Source: Microbotryum violaceum
Lineage: Eukaryota
Assembly (NCBI GenBank): GCA_001244265.2
Contig: CDLV01000007.1
Span: 930,001 to 994,000, forward strand
DNA: 64,000 bases
Direction: 5' to 3'
Position 1 is the stretch's first letter; each line of letters starts with the position of its first letter. Below the pieces are notes generated by a model that was not told where the DNA came from, ran no database searches, and saw only the letters and a list, made by a program, of their open reading frames with translations. Shown here one piece after another: positions 39,270 to 51,629 of this stretch. Made by a program: the position numbers and the translations under genes.

Positions 39270-40890
39270 AAGCTCGGCGAATCCTCCTCGGCGCACGTGG
39301 CGAACCGAGATAAGCTCACCCCAACTTTCATCACGGCCCAGCAAAATGTTTTTGATCAAATTGCGCTGCTTTTGACCGCCCTGGGCCGGTTCGGTTCGGG
39401 ATATGGAGCAAGCTAGGAATGCCAAATATACTGCATTACAACATTGTACTCAAACATCCTGCTCGTTCCCCTCTCCCCATAGTGCTCATACTTTCCTCTG
39501 CATGCATCTGCAAAAGCCAGTCGAACGACGGTAGCTTCGGTGTCGGAGCAGTCGAAGACAAACGTCTCCGGCGCGAACGACGGAACCGAGCTTCGAACCC
39601 GTTGGAGCCAATTCATGTTGGGATATCTGCAATGGCACATGGTAGGGATTCACATGAGCAGTCGAACATACGGTAGCAGATCGCTTTTTAGTGGGTGCTC
39701 AATAATACTGACTGAGTTTCATGAGGCGTCAACATCCACGCGACTGGACACCTTTGTCGGCGCGCGAGTGCTTGACCACGAGCGAGAACAAGTAGACCTT
39801 TGCGTGTCGATCAAACATGGCATAACAGGTGTTAAGCGTTGATTTCGTCATGACCAGACGTTCGCATTGCTGAATCACTCGTGATCGTCATGGGGAACGC
39901 AGGAGCACCGCTCACGTCGGTCGGCAAGCGTCATCCCGGATATTCTCGCGAAACTCGGCGTGCCAACCCTCGGAGCGCAAGCGCTCGATTCAGGCGTTGA
40001 CATTCTCTCGAGCAGCGGAGGCACGGGGCGATTGGGAGGGCATGTTCTGTTGCACCTTGTTGTACACGTCCCTGTATCTGACGCGGAGTATTTCCGGTAT
40101 GGTCGGAGATGAGCCAAGATCGCCGATCTACGAACGAAGAAGTCAACAAGTCAGGGTCAGTGGAATGATACATATAATGACTGATGACATTGTAGGGATG
40201 CGAAATCTACTCACATTCATCGTCTCTTCTTCGGATAGTTGCATTAACTTCAGCGTGCTCCGATCGAGCCCCTTGGAAGCAACCTCGGAAAGCCAAAGCT
40301 GAGCCGGAGCCGAGAGTCGCGAGCGAAGGAGGTATTCGGACGAGTAAGGATCATGGTTGTTGTGGGGCGTAATCACGACATGGTAGATTGTGGGGTTGTC
40401 GCGGTAATAAGATACAGTTATCGCAGCCTTGCAGCCGCATTTGATCGACGACTTTCGAATTCGCTTTCGCATTGATTCTGTCACTGATCTTGGGCTTCCG
40501 GCCCAATTGCAGATGCATTGTTCGAACATGACTTTGCGATGTTGACCTTTGAGACGAGTTTCGGGATCTGGGTGGACAGGAGCAGCGGTAGATGGACAGT
40601 CAATAACACAGTCAGCAGAGGCATCGAGAGCAACGCGCTGTTCGACTTTCAAGGAATGACGGAGACCTACTCGGCGGCTGATTGGCTTGACCTTCGATTA
40701 AAGCTTTGCTCTTGTAGCTCTTGCTCTTGTGGCGTTGCCAATTGATGGTCTCACGTTGGCTCGCCAGCCAGTTGGGGAATTCGGCGGCGGATACCACTGT
40801 TGTTCGTATCGAGTTTGCGTCAGGCGGTGCAACGAGAGGGCGCGTGGCCTTGTACGACATTGATGAGTCGAAGAGGGGATTTGATGTCAT
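39270..40890 (-). pseudogene. Mutator-like (MULE) transposase remnant
   Basis: FAR1/WRKY-GCM1-type finger CNWAG...SIKCGCKAAITVSY....YHVV..HNNHDP. MULE core fragments NTCY....KVYLFSLVVKH...KG and PETFVFDCSDTE....LAF. Frameshifts present. Confidence 0.75.
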
Positions 40891-42314
40891 GGTGTTGGGG
40901 TGGTGAAGATGTTATGGGCGACGAAGTGTATGGAAGGAAGGAAGGAGACGATATGGGTTGAACAGCCTATTTATTCATGCGCGGGTTCGACAACTGGTCG
41001 ACCGACATCTACGAGCGGAATAGATGTCGACATTCCAGTACCGGTTAATCTCGGACTCTGTTCTACCCAAACAATGAGCAAACAAAGAAGAGGACACCAG
41101 TCGGAGTCGCTGTGCAACGCGGCCTGATACGTGCACGTGAGAAAAAAAACAAAAAAAGCAAACACAGCGAACCCACACACATCCGCTCCATCATCCCCAT
41201 CCTCGAGTCTGACCTGTCCCGCCGCATTGCCAGTTGAAGCAGCTGTTGACAGCGGGTGACCACGTTAGCAGCAGCTCGCAACTTTACGTTCGAGCAGACG
41301 GAACTACTAGTAGGCAGTCACACTTGGTGTGCATAAAACTCACTTTTTGTGGACAAAGTTGTTGATTCATCATTGATACCAGTCATGACGTCTTGAACGG
41401 CCGATTGGCGGACAAGGAAACCCCCTGTAACGCCAAATCCCGAGGTGGATGCAAAGGTGAAGGTGAAGGCGAGAGCAAGGTCAGCCCAAGCCCGGTGTAC
41501 AGGTCGGGTCCGGCCGATGATGCCGCAGGCTGAGCTGCGCTGGCGGTGGCAGTGCATGCTCGGAGGTGGCCACAAGCGGAACTGACCCGATACAATGATA
41601 ACCAAAAACCTCTCCCAAACTCTATACCTCACAAGACGACCAGGACTGCCGTGGGCCCCTCTTCGATCAAGAGCGAGATCGGAGGCTGGTGACGATCCGA
41701 GTCAAGACCAGAGGGCAGTGCCCAAGTCAGCGACGGTGGTACATACTTGCAACAAGTGGGAGGGGTGAACTCACGGTGGCTGATGGTACACTACTGCCGA
41801 CTTCCACCACCTACCGCCTCGGTGCTGCGTCGATGCGCTAGTCGGTTTCGGCCCAGTGGTGGAGGAGCCATGTGAGAGGTACTCATCAACGAAGAAGAAG
41901 GAAGGAGAGAGAGAGAGGTGGGAGTCATGTTGAGGGGTCAGAAGATCGAGCTGATGAGCCAGGAGCGCGCCGGTCCCCGTCACGCGCAACCTGTTCACTT
42001 CTGACGCGACAAACACCTCGGGTACTACCCTCGCACTCCCTCATCTTTCGATCTCTCACCGACCATGACGATCGCACACGCACACAAACTGCTCGCCGAT
42101 GAACACCCTCTCTCTCCCCCTCTCCCTCCCCCCCACACACACACATCCGGCTGTCTACTAGTCGTGATTCTCGACGGCTCGACGCTGTTCTCCGAGTGGT
42201 TCTTGGCCGCTCGGAGCGGCACCTCGCAAAAAAAAGCAAACGCAGCGGTTCGTCGGCTCAGTTCTTGTAGAGGCGGATCGCATCGTCGCGGCGACGGCCG
42301 GACGAATCCACCTC

Positions 42315-42760
42315 GTGATCGTCTTCGACCACGCTTCGGCTCGTCCGGCCTTGAAGGCCCGTCGTACCCCCATGTCGAGAAAGGTCAAAGTCGATTCCCT
42401 GCCCAGGTTGCAAGCGGTCCAACTTCTGGGAAAAGGTGGATTCGCTTCTGTGACCGCTGGCCAACTCATAGTCGGGGTGCCCGCCGGCAACGACAAGACC
42501 TCGGACGGGGAGACGCGACGGACCTTGATCCCGACCGACCAGCCAGTGGTGATCAAGCTGTTCGATGACGACGTCCACACGGAAGCGGGGATACGAGAAT
42601 CGATTTTCTATGAAACGGTGTTCCCTCTACTCCCGAAGGAAACCCGCGCATTTCTCCCGCACTATTATGGAACCTATCGATCAAGCAGCGGTCGAATGCT
42701 CGCTTTGGTCATGGGTTACGCCGGCAATCCGATCCCGCGACAAACATTGCGCTTGATTCG
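42315..42760 (+). pseudogene. Truncated protein-kinase-like fragment (N-lobe and hinge only)
   Basis: LLGKGGFASV (Gly loop), VVIKLF (Lys), RESIFY (helix-C Glu), PHYYG and LALVMGYAG (hinge). No catalytic loop or DFG before repeat DNA begins. Confidence 0.65.
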
Positions 42761-42924
42761 CCGCGTGTTGGTCACGTGCTGTGACTACTGTAGACTGTAC
42801 CTGAGCAGGCGCGCGAGACAGCGAAGCCGAAACCCGCGGCGAAATCGGTCTAGAACTCGTGCGCGCGGACAGCAAAAAGTTGGGGCGAGCGTAATTAATC
42901 CAAACACGCACACATAACTATGAT

Positions 42925-43017
42925 GCGCCAACTCAAGTGGGCTAACTCAATTGCGCCAACTCAATTTGGCGCATGCGAGTTAGCGCAAGGGCACCCCTCG
43001 GCACCGGTACCGCCCCG
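42925..43017 (+). repeat. Second copy of the gcgccaactcaa array and flank seen at 13.4-14.8 kb, lacking the nested insertion
   Basis: tgcgccaactcaagtg(g/c)gctaactcaattgcgccaactcaatttggcgc..gcgagttagcgcaag..cacccc..gcaccggtaccgccccg is shared between the two sites. Confidence 0.9.
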
Positions 43018-43275
43018 AAAATTCAAACATTTGGCGAAAGCTCAGGGGCCGCGCCAAAACTCGCAGGCGTTCGTCGTTTGACGGGCTACACCGGCAAACT
43101 CACGAATGCCCCTGAAAGCAGCTCCTTTCCTCAGAGCTTCACACGCTCACTGCTCTTTCCCCCCACTCTCCCTTTCTTCTTTCTTACACATAAAGTCCTC
43201 ACCCAAACACTCCTTCCTATCCTCGTCGCGCGGAAATATTGTGCATCTCGAGCAAACGACGCCTGAAGGGTTCAC

Positions 43276-43510
43276 CTTCAAGATAGATGGCGCCAATCAC
43301 ACTCATGTCGACAGGAGAAATCAGTCAACTGCTGCAAAACAAAGGGGGCCGACCACTCATCGCGTTGCACGATGCGTATCCCTCTGGCGAGCCTGGAGCC
43401 TTGTTCCTACGCATCGTGCAACGCGATGGGTGGTCGGCCCCCTTTGTTTTGCAGCAGTTGACTGATTTCTCCTGTCGACATGAGTGTAATTGGCGCCATC
43501 TATCTTGAAG
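43276..43510. repeat. Long inverted repeat (hairpin): 103-bp arms, 29-bp spacer
   Basis: 43276-43378 versus 43408-43510, two mismatches counted by eye. Confidence 0.95.
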
Positions 43511-45839
43511 TTGACTCGGAAGTCGATGAGGACGAGGACAGTCTGCAAACCTTGGCAGCTTTGGTCCCGGTTCCCTCGAAGTCCTCGATCTCTAGCACCT
43601 CCGCAGTCTCGAGGCTTTCGAACTCTCGCAAGCGCCGTTCGAGAGACTCCGAGGAGGATTCGGCAGACGAGGATTACTACGGAGTCAACGACGACGATTC
43701 GGACGAGGAATCAATCGACAACGTCGTCTCGGCACTACCCCTGGCTCGGAACGACGAGAAGATCCTCGACCGGCACACGTACGAGCCCTCTCGACAGGAC
43801 AAAGGGTTATCGAACACGACGCGCGAGGCAATTCTCTCAAACGTAATCCTCACGACTGCAGAGCACAACGAGCTCCGTCTCAAGCCGCTCGTTCTCAATT
43901 GTCGCAAGCCGAGGTCCGAATGGGAATTTGTACATGCAGATTCGACATACCTCTGTAGCCATGAACTTTGGGAGCTCCAGGACAGGAAGTTTGCGCTGCG
44001 CTGCGTTTTGTTTCATCCTGTGAACGACCTAACTTTTATTGGTGCGATCTATCAACAGAAGCATGACTGGGCTCCACGCAAATATGAACGCTGTCTCGCT
44101 GTCGTCGAGCGACCTTACGGTGACGCGTCCTCGTCTACTCATCATCAACATCCGTCTGAGGTGGCAGTAGGGATCGACTGGCGTCCAGAAGTCATTGGAT
44201 CCTTGTCGAGGCACGCCTTTCGGATTGTACATCTCGGGTGTACGACTCTCTTTTTGGCAGGGAGAACATGCGCAAGGAGGCAAACGAAAGTCTCGATGTG
44301 AGTTCCTCCCCATCACCATCACAAAGCACTTCCAGAGGCACTCAAACTCTGCGCAGCTGCTGACGTCATTCGCCTTTTCCGCCTGCCAGTCAATCATCAC
44401 TTTCTTGGAAACTCGTGCAGAGGGACCGATAGAGCGCATCACTGGAGGCATCGATCGACCGACGGTCCCGTACAGAAATTGGCGGCGATTGATTGTCAAA
44501 GCGGCGAAGGCCGGCGATCAGCCTTAGCCGGATAGATATCCTCAACAGACTGATGGCAACGCCTGCGGGGCGTTCGTGTGCCGAGCGATGGAAACCCTGG
44601 TATGCGTAGCAGTCGCCAAAATGGAACCCGATTGGAGCTGGGGCCCACAGGTTGAGCCGGTAAGATTTTATTTGGAGCTTCGAGACTACATGTCGGATGT
44701 CACCCTGCACTCTCGTCTACGATGCGACATGAGCTCGTCTTGGTTTTCGGGCTCGCCGGAGTCTCCAACCGTCTCGTGTGCTACTCGTGATCCAGACAAC
44801 ACAATGGATAGCAGGAAACCTCCTGGCAATACACAGCCTGGAGATTGCGTTGGTGAGTTCGAATAGGATAATTGAAGCTCCTGCATGTTCTATTGTCCTA
44901 TGGAGCTCTGCTCTCCCCCTCCTCCTCATGTCCCTTGTTGTTTCGGAGTGACTCACCCCTGATCTCATCACCCGGCCATTGTTTCGTTCGCAGGTTACAG
45001 CAGTGACGACGCGGAAGAAGTCTCACAACATCTCAGCAAGTTCCAGGACAGAGAAAGCAACTCATTGGCTTTGCTCGTGCCCTTGATTCCAGATTATCAC
45101 TCAATGATCCTTCCTCTCTTCGTGTTTGCGTCGCTCTAGTTTCCACCCTCCTTGTGTCTACGAGATCCGTAACCTTCGAGGGGTCAAGACTCGCAAGGAA
45201 TGTTGCGTCCTCTGCTGACACAGTCATTACCCAGCACCCACAACCTGGCGGTTTGTCACACGTGGAATCTGTACAAGGAAACAACATGTCGACAGCACGA
45301 ACTCGTCTTGCATCGGACCAATCCGATTCGCCCAAAAACCGACCAACGCTCGCCTTTCCTTCATTTTCGCCAGTATTTGCCACGAGCGATATCGAACACC
45401 TACCAAAAAAAATGCAAGCACTCTGCGGTTCCTCAAAAGAGTAGCCCTTCCGCTGTTGTTACTCCCAGCAAACGGCGTCATTCGGAAGCGGAAAGCGAAA
45501 CCCCGAGCTCCGGTCGGCGGAAAGCTTGCTCGCAATGTCGAGACGGAAAGTTGAAGTGTGATCTAGGACATCCATGCTCGAAGTAGGTACAGTCTAGTAT
45601 TTCATCAGACCAACAAAAGAGTTGACAACTGGTTTGTTCACTTTGGGCAGCTGCACTAAGAAAAGGAGAGGTAAAGCGAGCATTTTTACATGTGAATACG
45701 TTTGAATATCGTTCAACTGCAATGATCATACGAAGTCCGCCAATGTCGAGGCGTGACTTACTATAATTTGTGTCTTCGCTCGAGCTCTATGAACTGTTCT
45801 TCATGGATCAGAGAAGCGAGGGACCGGTGCCAATTCTGA
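43480..45839 (+). CDS. Hypothetical multi-exon gene or pseudogene with an acidic N-terminus and a C-terminal Zn2Cys6 cluster
   Basis: 273-aa ORF 43480..44301. Splicing across two GT-AG introns near 45580-45740 gives CSQCRDGKLKCDLGHPCSNCTKKRRVRQC. Linkage of the two parts is not proven. Confidence 0.45.
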
Positions 45840-46832
45840 TCTAATCGGCGCAATCACGCTCGGGAGTGTCGGCCCTGGCACCTTGGGCGCCGGACCGCTG
45901 ACACCACGGGCGCGGAGAGGCCAAGCGGGGTGAAGATGTAGCAACTACTGCATGGTCCGCCTTGTCTCACCGGCCAGAAGTACTATAGACCTATACATCC
46001 ATCATACTACGTTCCCCAAAGTGATACATCACATATTGCAAGAGACACAGGCGTCTACACTATGTGGTACCAAAGTCCCTATGAACGTGGTACAAGAATG
46101 ACCTCCGATGTCATCTCAAAGTCCGCACCGATGTGATCCCAAAGTCGCCTCCGATGTGGAACCTCGCCTCCGATGTGGGACCAGAGTTGCCATTTTCGGA
46201 ACCAAAGTGCCCTGCTATTCGCGCGATTAACCTAATTCCGTTTATGCAAGGCCGCTCGCTCTCGGGCCCGGGACTGCGCTGTGCATCCGCTACTTTGGCG
46301 CACGTCGAGAAAGATCCGTACCCGGCTGAACAAGAGGCGCGCGTCGGGGCCGTGGCTCGGTGCTGGCAAAGTGAACTTTGTGGATCTTCTTGACGAGCTT
46401 GCCACCTCGGATTTCCGATCTGATTCGAAGGAGCAAGCGCCATCACAAGAATTTGCGAGCCCAGAAATTGCCAAGACCAATCCAGCGCCGATCATCTCAG
46501 CTCTTCTTCGCGTGATACCCCTGGGCGCGAAGTCGATCGCAACAAACGAGAGAAAAAGAATAAAAGCCAATCACCACACCAGCCTCTCGTGACTTTGGGT
46601 GATTGGACTTGCCTCCCAAGACTTCCAAACTCTCGTGATTAGCCGAAAGCATAATAGCCCCTCGGACTACCAGCTAGTGCTGCCGACCAGCGTCACGATG
46701 CACGGGGAGTCTGATTTTTGTGGTGTCTCAACTGCCTTTTTGTTTGTGTTGACCGATCGCAGCTACCAAGTTGTTGCAAGAAGGGAATTCCTGGGGTGTT
46801 CGGTCCGCCTCATAATAGGCTCCAATTCTCTT

Positions 46833-48151
46833 TTAGTTCTGTGGGAATGACGATCATGAGTTAGCGAACCGTTCAAATAGCCTTAGTGAGATGTGGACTT
46901 ACAATGTCCTCAATGCTCGGCTCGCCCTGCTCAACGTTGCACACACCCGAACGGAGCTCAAATCAGCCTCGACACTCCATCTCAACCACTTCAAGATGAC
47001 TAGTACTGACCGCGGTGTCGACCAGGTCTGGTACGGCATCATCATCATCATCAGCCTCCGGTACGACCGCGTTGGGGCCCATCGAAGCGGCCTGCCCTTG
47101 CGAGGCTTGGTACGATTCGGCGATCCTTCGCAGGTTGGCCATCGCGTCGGGACCGAGCTGGGACAGAACACCGGGGACAAGCTCGGTGATCTCCTTGTCC
47201 TTGCCTTGACCATAGATGGCGAAGGTGTTGGCCGCGATCGCGTGGTGGACTGTAGTCGATCAAATTGGATTGGGTCGGAGGATGGAGGCGTGGGCGAAGG
47301 GAAAGTACGTGTGGGGGTTGCGGTTGAAAGCGCATTCCCCAGACGGAGGTGCCATGGACAGTATTGGGAACAGTTGCAGCGGGTAGCGTATCAATCATCA
47401 ATTTCCAGTATGATCAAGGTTGTGATCGAGGGTGCAAAGTTCGTTCAGTGAGAAGAAAGCGGGGTACAAATAGGTCAGACAAAGGACGGCAAACCATTCA
47501 GAGGCGAGTCGAGGAAGGCACTGACCCTTTGGTGCGCTAAAGTGCAGGACACCACCATCAGCCTTGAACATGTTGACCTCCTCGACACCTGCGGTGATGG
47601 CAGACAGGCCCGAGGATCAATACAAGAGCTCTTGGAACGAACGGGATTGCGTCCGCCGGGGGGGGGGGGGGGGGGGGGGGGGTGCAGAAGCCGTTTCCTC
47701 CTCGTGTACGGGCACGCAGCGGCCGGAGACAAGCTGTCCTCTCTAACGATACAACCATTCATATAGTTGTGGAGTGCTACTGACCCTGCATGTGTTGAAC
47801 GTTGAGCTTCTTGAGGGAAGCCTGCAGCTTCTGGTCGCTTCCACCAGCGCGAGGCTTGGCCACGACCTTCCGTCGGACCGTGCCCTTTCCGCCTGTTCCA
47901 GATGCGCACATTGCATGGAGCAGCATCGTCGTGCGATAGGATTGGGAGTTCAAGCGTTATATTCAGTGGGGCGTACAAGCGGGACGACGGTAGGATGCCC
48001 GCTCGAGGGTCGAATGCGCAGAGGGGCGGCAACGGGAGCTCGAGCGGGTGCAACGGACGAAAGAGACAATGACCAGCGCCAACTGACCAAGACGGAGAGC
48101 AGCGGTCTTATCTTGCAGCTTCTTGAGCGCCTCGGGATCGAATGTCGACAT
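46833..48151 (-). CDS. EGD1: Nascent polypeptide-associated complex subunit beta (BTF3)
   Basis: MSTFDPEALKKLQ..RLG|GKGTVRRK..DQKLQASLKKL..VEEVNMFKADG.VLHF..PK|VH..IAANTFAIYG...KEITELVPGVLSQLGPD..DDDDAVPDLV. Confidence 0.95.
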
Positions 48152-48523
48152 GATTGATGGTGGTGGGTAGGTCACGAGGCTGTCGACGTGACGCTTGGCC
48201 CGCCGCCCTCTCTTCCGCTCCCCGGCTCCAAACTGCTCCAAAGGGCTCCAGCGCGGTTCCAGCTGCAAAGGGCCACTTGGCGCATGCGCGTGGGCGGACT
48301 TTTGAGCTCGGGCCTCTTTTCTTGCTCGGCCGCCACGGACGCGAAAAGCGCGAGGCCCCTCTGCCAATCCTTCTCGGCAGCTCGAGAGAAATGGTCTCCT
48401 GAACACCTGGCGGCGAGGAGCACTCGATAGACCGGCGCTCGCACTCGCCGAGCTCACACGCCGGTTGATGAGCGCTGGGCCGTTTTTCTTCTGCACTGCA
48501 CTCGCTACACTTCGCACCAAGCC

Positions 48524-49912
48524 ATGACAAGCGTGTGGAGCCGCAATCTACGAGATGAGGACGACTGTGGGTTTGACCTGGACTGCTATATCACAGCTAC
48601 ACCTGCCAATCCTTGGCATCAGGTGCCACCACCCGTCGCCGCTTCATTCTGGCCGGTCGCAGCCGCTTTGTCTGTCCCCGACATTGCGCCGCGAGCTCGT
48701 CGCAACCACCTCCTGACCGGATCGGCTTCAGCTTCCGCACGGCAGCGGACCGTCGTACCGACGCAACAAACCCAAGAGGTCGTTCGTTTCTCGCAGCTGC
48801 CAAGTGATTCGGCTGCCATGTCGGTTCCGCCGACGGCTTCGCATCGATCTCCGTTGAAAAACCTGTCACCCTTTCAAACGGGCGTCACGGCCGTATCACC
48901 TCCAAGTCGTAATTCTCACGCCGATCGAACCGATGCCACTCAGCGGCCGTACCGTTATCCACCGGCAAGGACCTGCGCTGGGCATTTCAATCCCAAACCT
49001 TCACTGCACTCCGAAAGTTCAACCAGGATAGACACAATATGGTCTGAAGCACACTTATCGAAAGTCAGCGCCGTCCTCCGAGTCGAAGATCGCTCTCAGC
49101 ACCCGGTTCGTACGACCTGGTCGTCGCTGTCAACATTCTCGCAGAGTATGCCCATGTCTCTGACCCCATCACAACCAGCAACCGCAAAAATACCTCGTTT
49201 CAATACCCAAAATACCCCATCGTCATCCTCAACCCCGCTCGAACAAGAGGTGGTAGTTCCGACACCCATCCGACTTACACCACCGACCCAAGTAGTTGTC
49301 GATCAGAACTCGGCGACCGCCGTTCCATGCGCAGCCCCGAATCGACTGGAGCAGTCAGCTCCTAATCCATCATGGCTCGAAGAAGCGTTGTACGGACCAC
49401 CCTTTGGAGCAGACATCAGTTCGAGCTCTCATGCCCCGGTCACTGGCCAAAACAGGGTGACCATTCGCAAAGCGAAAGTGTCACGCTTCAAGCAGATCGG
49501 GAGGGTGTGGGTGAGTCGAGTCGATTTCTCCTTTACGGCGGCGACGTCACCCGACAGATCGGACCACACCCAGGCAATTGACACTTAGGTTTACTGTCAT
49601 CTGATGTGTAGACCCGTAAAACAACAGCCGCTCCTGCACCGGCGCACACCATGGTCGCACCCTACCCACACGACGGGGAATCCAAGCCGTCACCGACGCC
49701 CCAAACGATTCGAAGACCTTTCAAACAGAGAGGCAATCGACGCACTCCACCGAGATCCAGTCAGGCATGATCCAAGGTGCCAAATATATTCGTATACCCT
49801 TGACTGCAGGGCGACATTTGCAAATCGAAACATCGTTGCCCCGGCGCTCCCATTCGGAGGAATCTTGGGGGCCCCACACGCTCAAGCGTTGGCGCAGCCA
49901 TCGACTGCCTAA
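48524..49912 (+). CDS. Hypothetical S/P/T-rich disordered protein
   Basis: 354-aa ATG-initiated ORF with a probable intron near 49510-49611. No domain recognised. Confidence 0.45.
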
Positions 49913-50003
49913 CCTTGGCCTGGGCGATCCTCGGCTGCTTCGCTCTTGCATCCATTCTCTGATTCCCTTCCGCACCCGATCGTGAATCGGTATCCCCTCC
50001 ATC

Positions 50004-51390
50004 ATGCCATCACTCGCCTTCGAGACAGTGGATGCCTTCACCTCAACCGCGTTCGCCGGCAACCCTGCAGCCGTGATCGTCCTGTCGAAGCAACAGACCC
50101 AGGAGTTCGATGCGACGCAGATGCAACTCATTGCACGAGAGTTCAACCTCAGCGAAACTGCATTCGTCTGTGCATTGAATGACGAGGTCGAGGTCAAGGC
50201 TGGCGAGGTGGAATATTTGATTCGGTGGTTCACTCCGACGGCAGGCGAGCTTACATGACTCTTGACTTATTCAGCTCGACTCCGAGTCAAGGCTGAAGGT
50301 TTCTCACCCAAGTTGCTGAATAGTTCGCTGATAATTCTACCTACTTATCGTATGATTAAACAGAGGTCCCCATTGTAAGTGATGGTGCCACAAGTTCTCC
50401 TCGGCACAATAGTCATTAGGACCTGACCCTGCCACTTGCTCGCTCCCTCTCTCCATAGTGCGGTCACGCCACGCTTGCTTCTTCGCACTGCCTTTTCACA
50501 AAACATCATTCCGATGCGCGACAAATCAACTTCAAGCCGCTCCATTCCGAAAGCCTGACGATCCAGCGCCGAGCCGCCGATCGCATCGAGCTCAACTTCC
50601 CCGCGGACGTCAGCAGTCATCCTCGAACGATCCCCAAAGATTCGGAGCGATGGTGCCTGATCATCAAAGCGCTTGGCAAGGCTTTAGGAGTGGAAGTCGA
50701 GCCTCATGTGGTTGCTATTTCTGATTCTGTTACCGGTCCTTTGATCGATGTTTCGGTCGATGGCATCAACCTCGAGACGGCTAAGTGGAAATCCCAGGCT
50801 TTTGTGAGTCAAAGTTTCGATGGCCGGATGGGATGGACGGATTCGTATACCCTGCAAAAGCTGATGGTAGTGTTGACCTGAGAATATACAGACCGCAGAG
50901 GTGTCTACATTCCAAGTCATCGTCACACAACCGGCGTCGAAAGGAGAGCAACAGGATGTCTCGTCTCGAGTTTTCGGGCCTGTGCTCGGTGTGCCCGAAG
51001 ATCCGGTGGTGCGTACTCCGAATCCTCCTAGTCTTTCACTGTGAGGAATAACCTTCTTGCACAACGTGCTAATACATAAAACTGCCTATTGCCATCCCGA
51101 TTGGGACATCACAGACCGGCTTTGCTCACACTGTCCTCGGTCCCTACTTGGGCAAAACGAGCGCTGCGCCTCATGCTCGCCTCCTCGCTACCAAAGGACT
51201 GACAACATGGTCCAAAGATTCGATGGAGTGCAAGCAATTGAGCGAAAGAGGTGGGACGTTGGTCGTGAGGTGGAAGGATGCAAAAAGCGGATCGCATCAG
51301 TTTGGAAGGGTCGGCCAAGACGGTGATGAGGGGAACGTTAGAGTATTGAACGGGTTGAGATTGCATGTTCAGGCTCTTTGCATGTTGTAG
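50004..51390 (+). CDS. PhzF/PBLD-family (diaminopimelate-epimerase-like) protein, paralog 1
   Basis: VDAFT..AFAGNPAAV, MQLIAREFNLSETAFV, IRWFTPTA|EVPI|CGHATLAS, SRVFGP.LGVPEDPV|TGFAH, QLSERGG. Confidence 0.92.
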
Positions 51391-51629
51391 TTAGACAGAA
51401 GCGCTTCTGCCCAGTGCTCGAACTTTTGATGAAAAATTATCTTTAAGAAACTCAAGCAGCATACACCCTGTCGACATCGACCTAGGTAATTCCAGCCGGC
51501 TCTCGCTCAGCCCACCCAGCTTGCCAGCCTGCCAGCCTGGCAGGGGCGCTTGCTCGCTTGCCGCGTTGTCGACAAGCTCGCCCGCTCGCTGCATCCTCGA
51601 CCTCCCTCCCGCCTCAAAACACGATCGAG

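Noticed and set aside
46100-46180. Four copies of a cc(t)ccgatgt motif
   Set aside because: Too short and isolated to assign a function.
47231-47520. Intronic C/D snoRNA in EGD1 (TGATGA near 47395 on the minus strand)
   Set aside because: No properly placed downstream CTGA D box or terminal stem found.
47657-47682. Poly-G run giving poly-Pro/Gly ORFs (also 32766-32782)
   Set aside because: Intronic or 3' homopolymers of unreliable length; no coding evidence.
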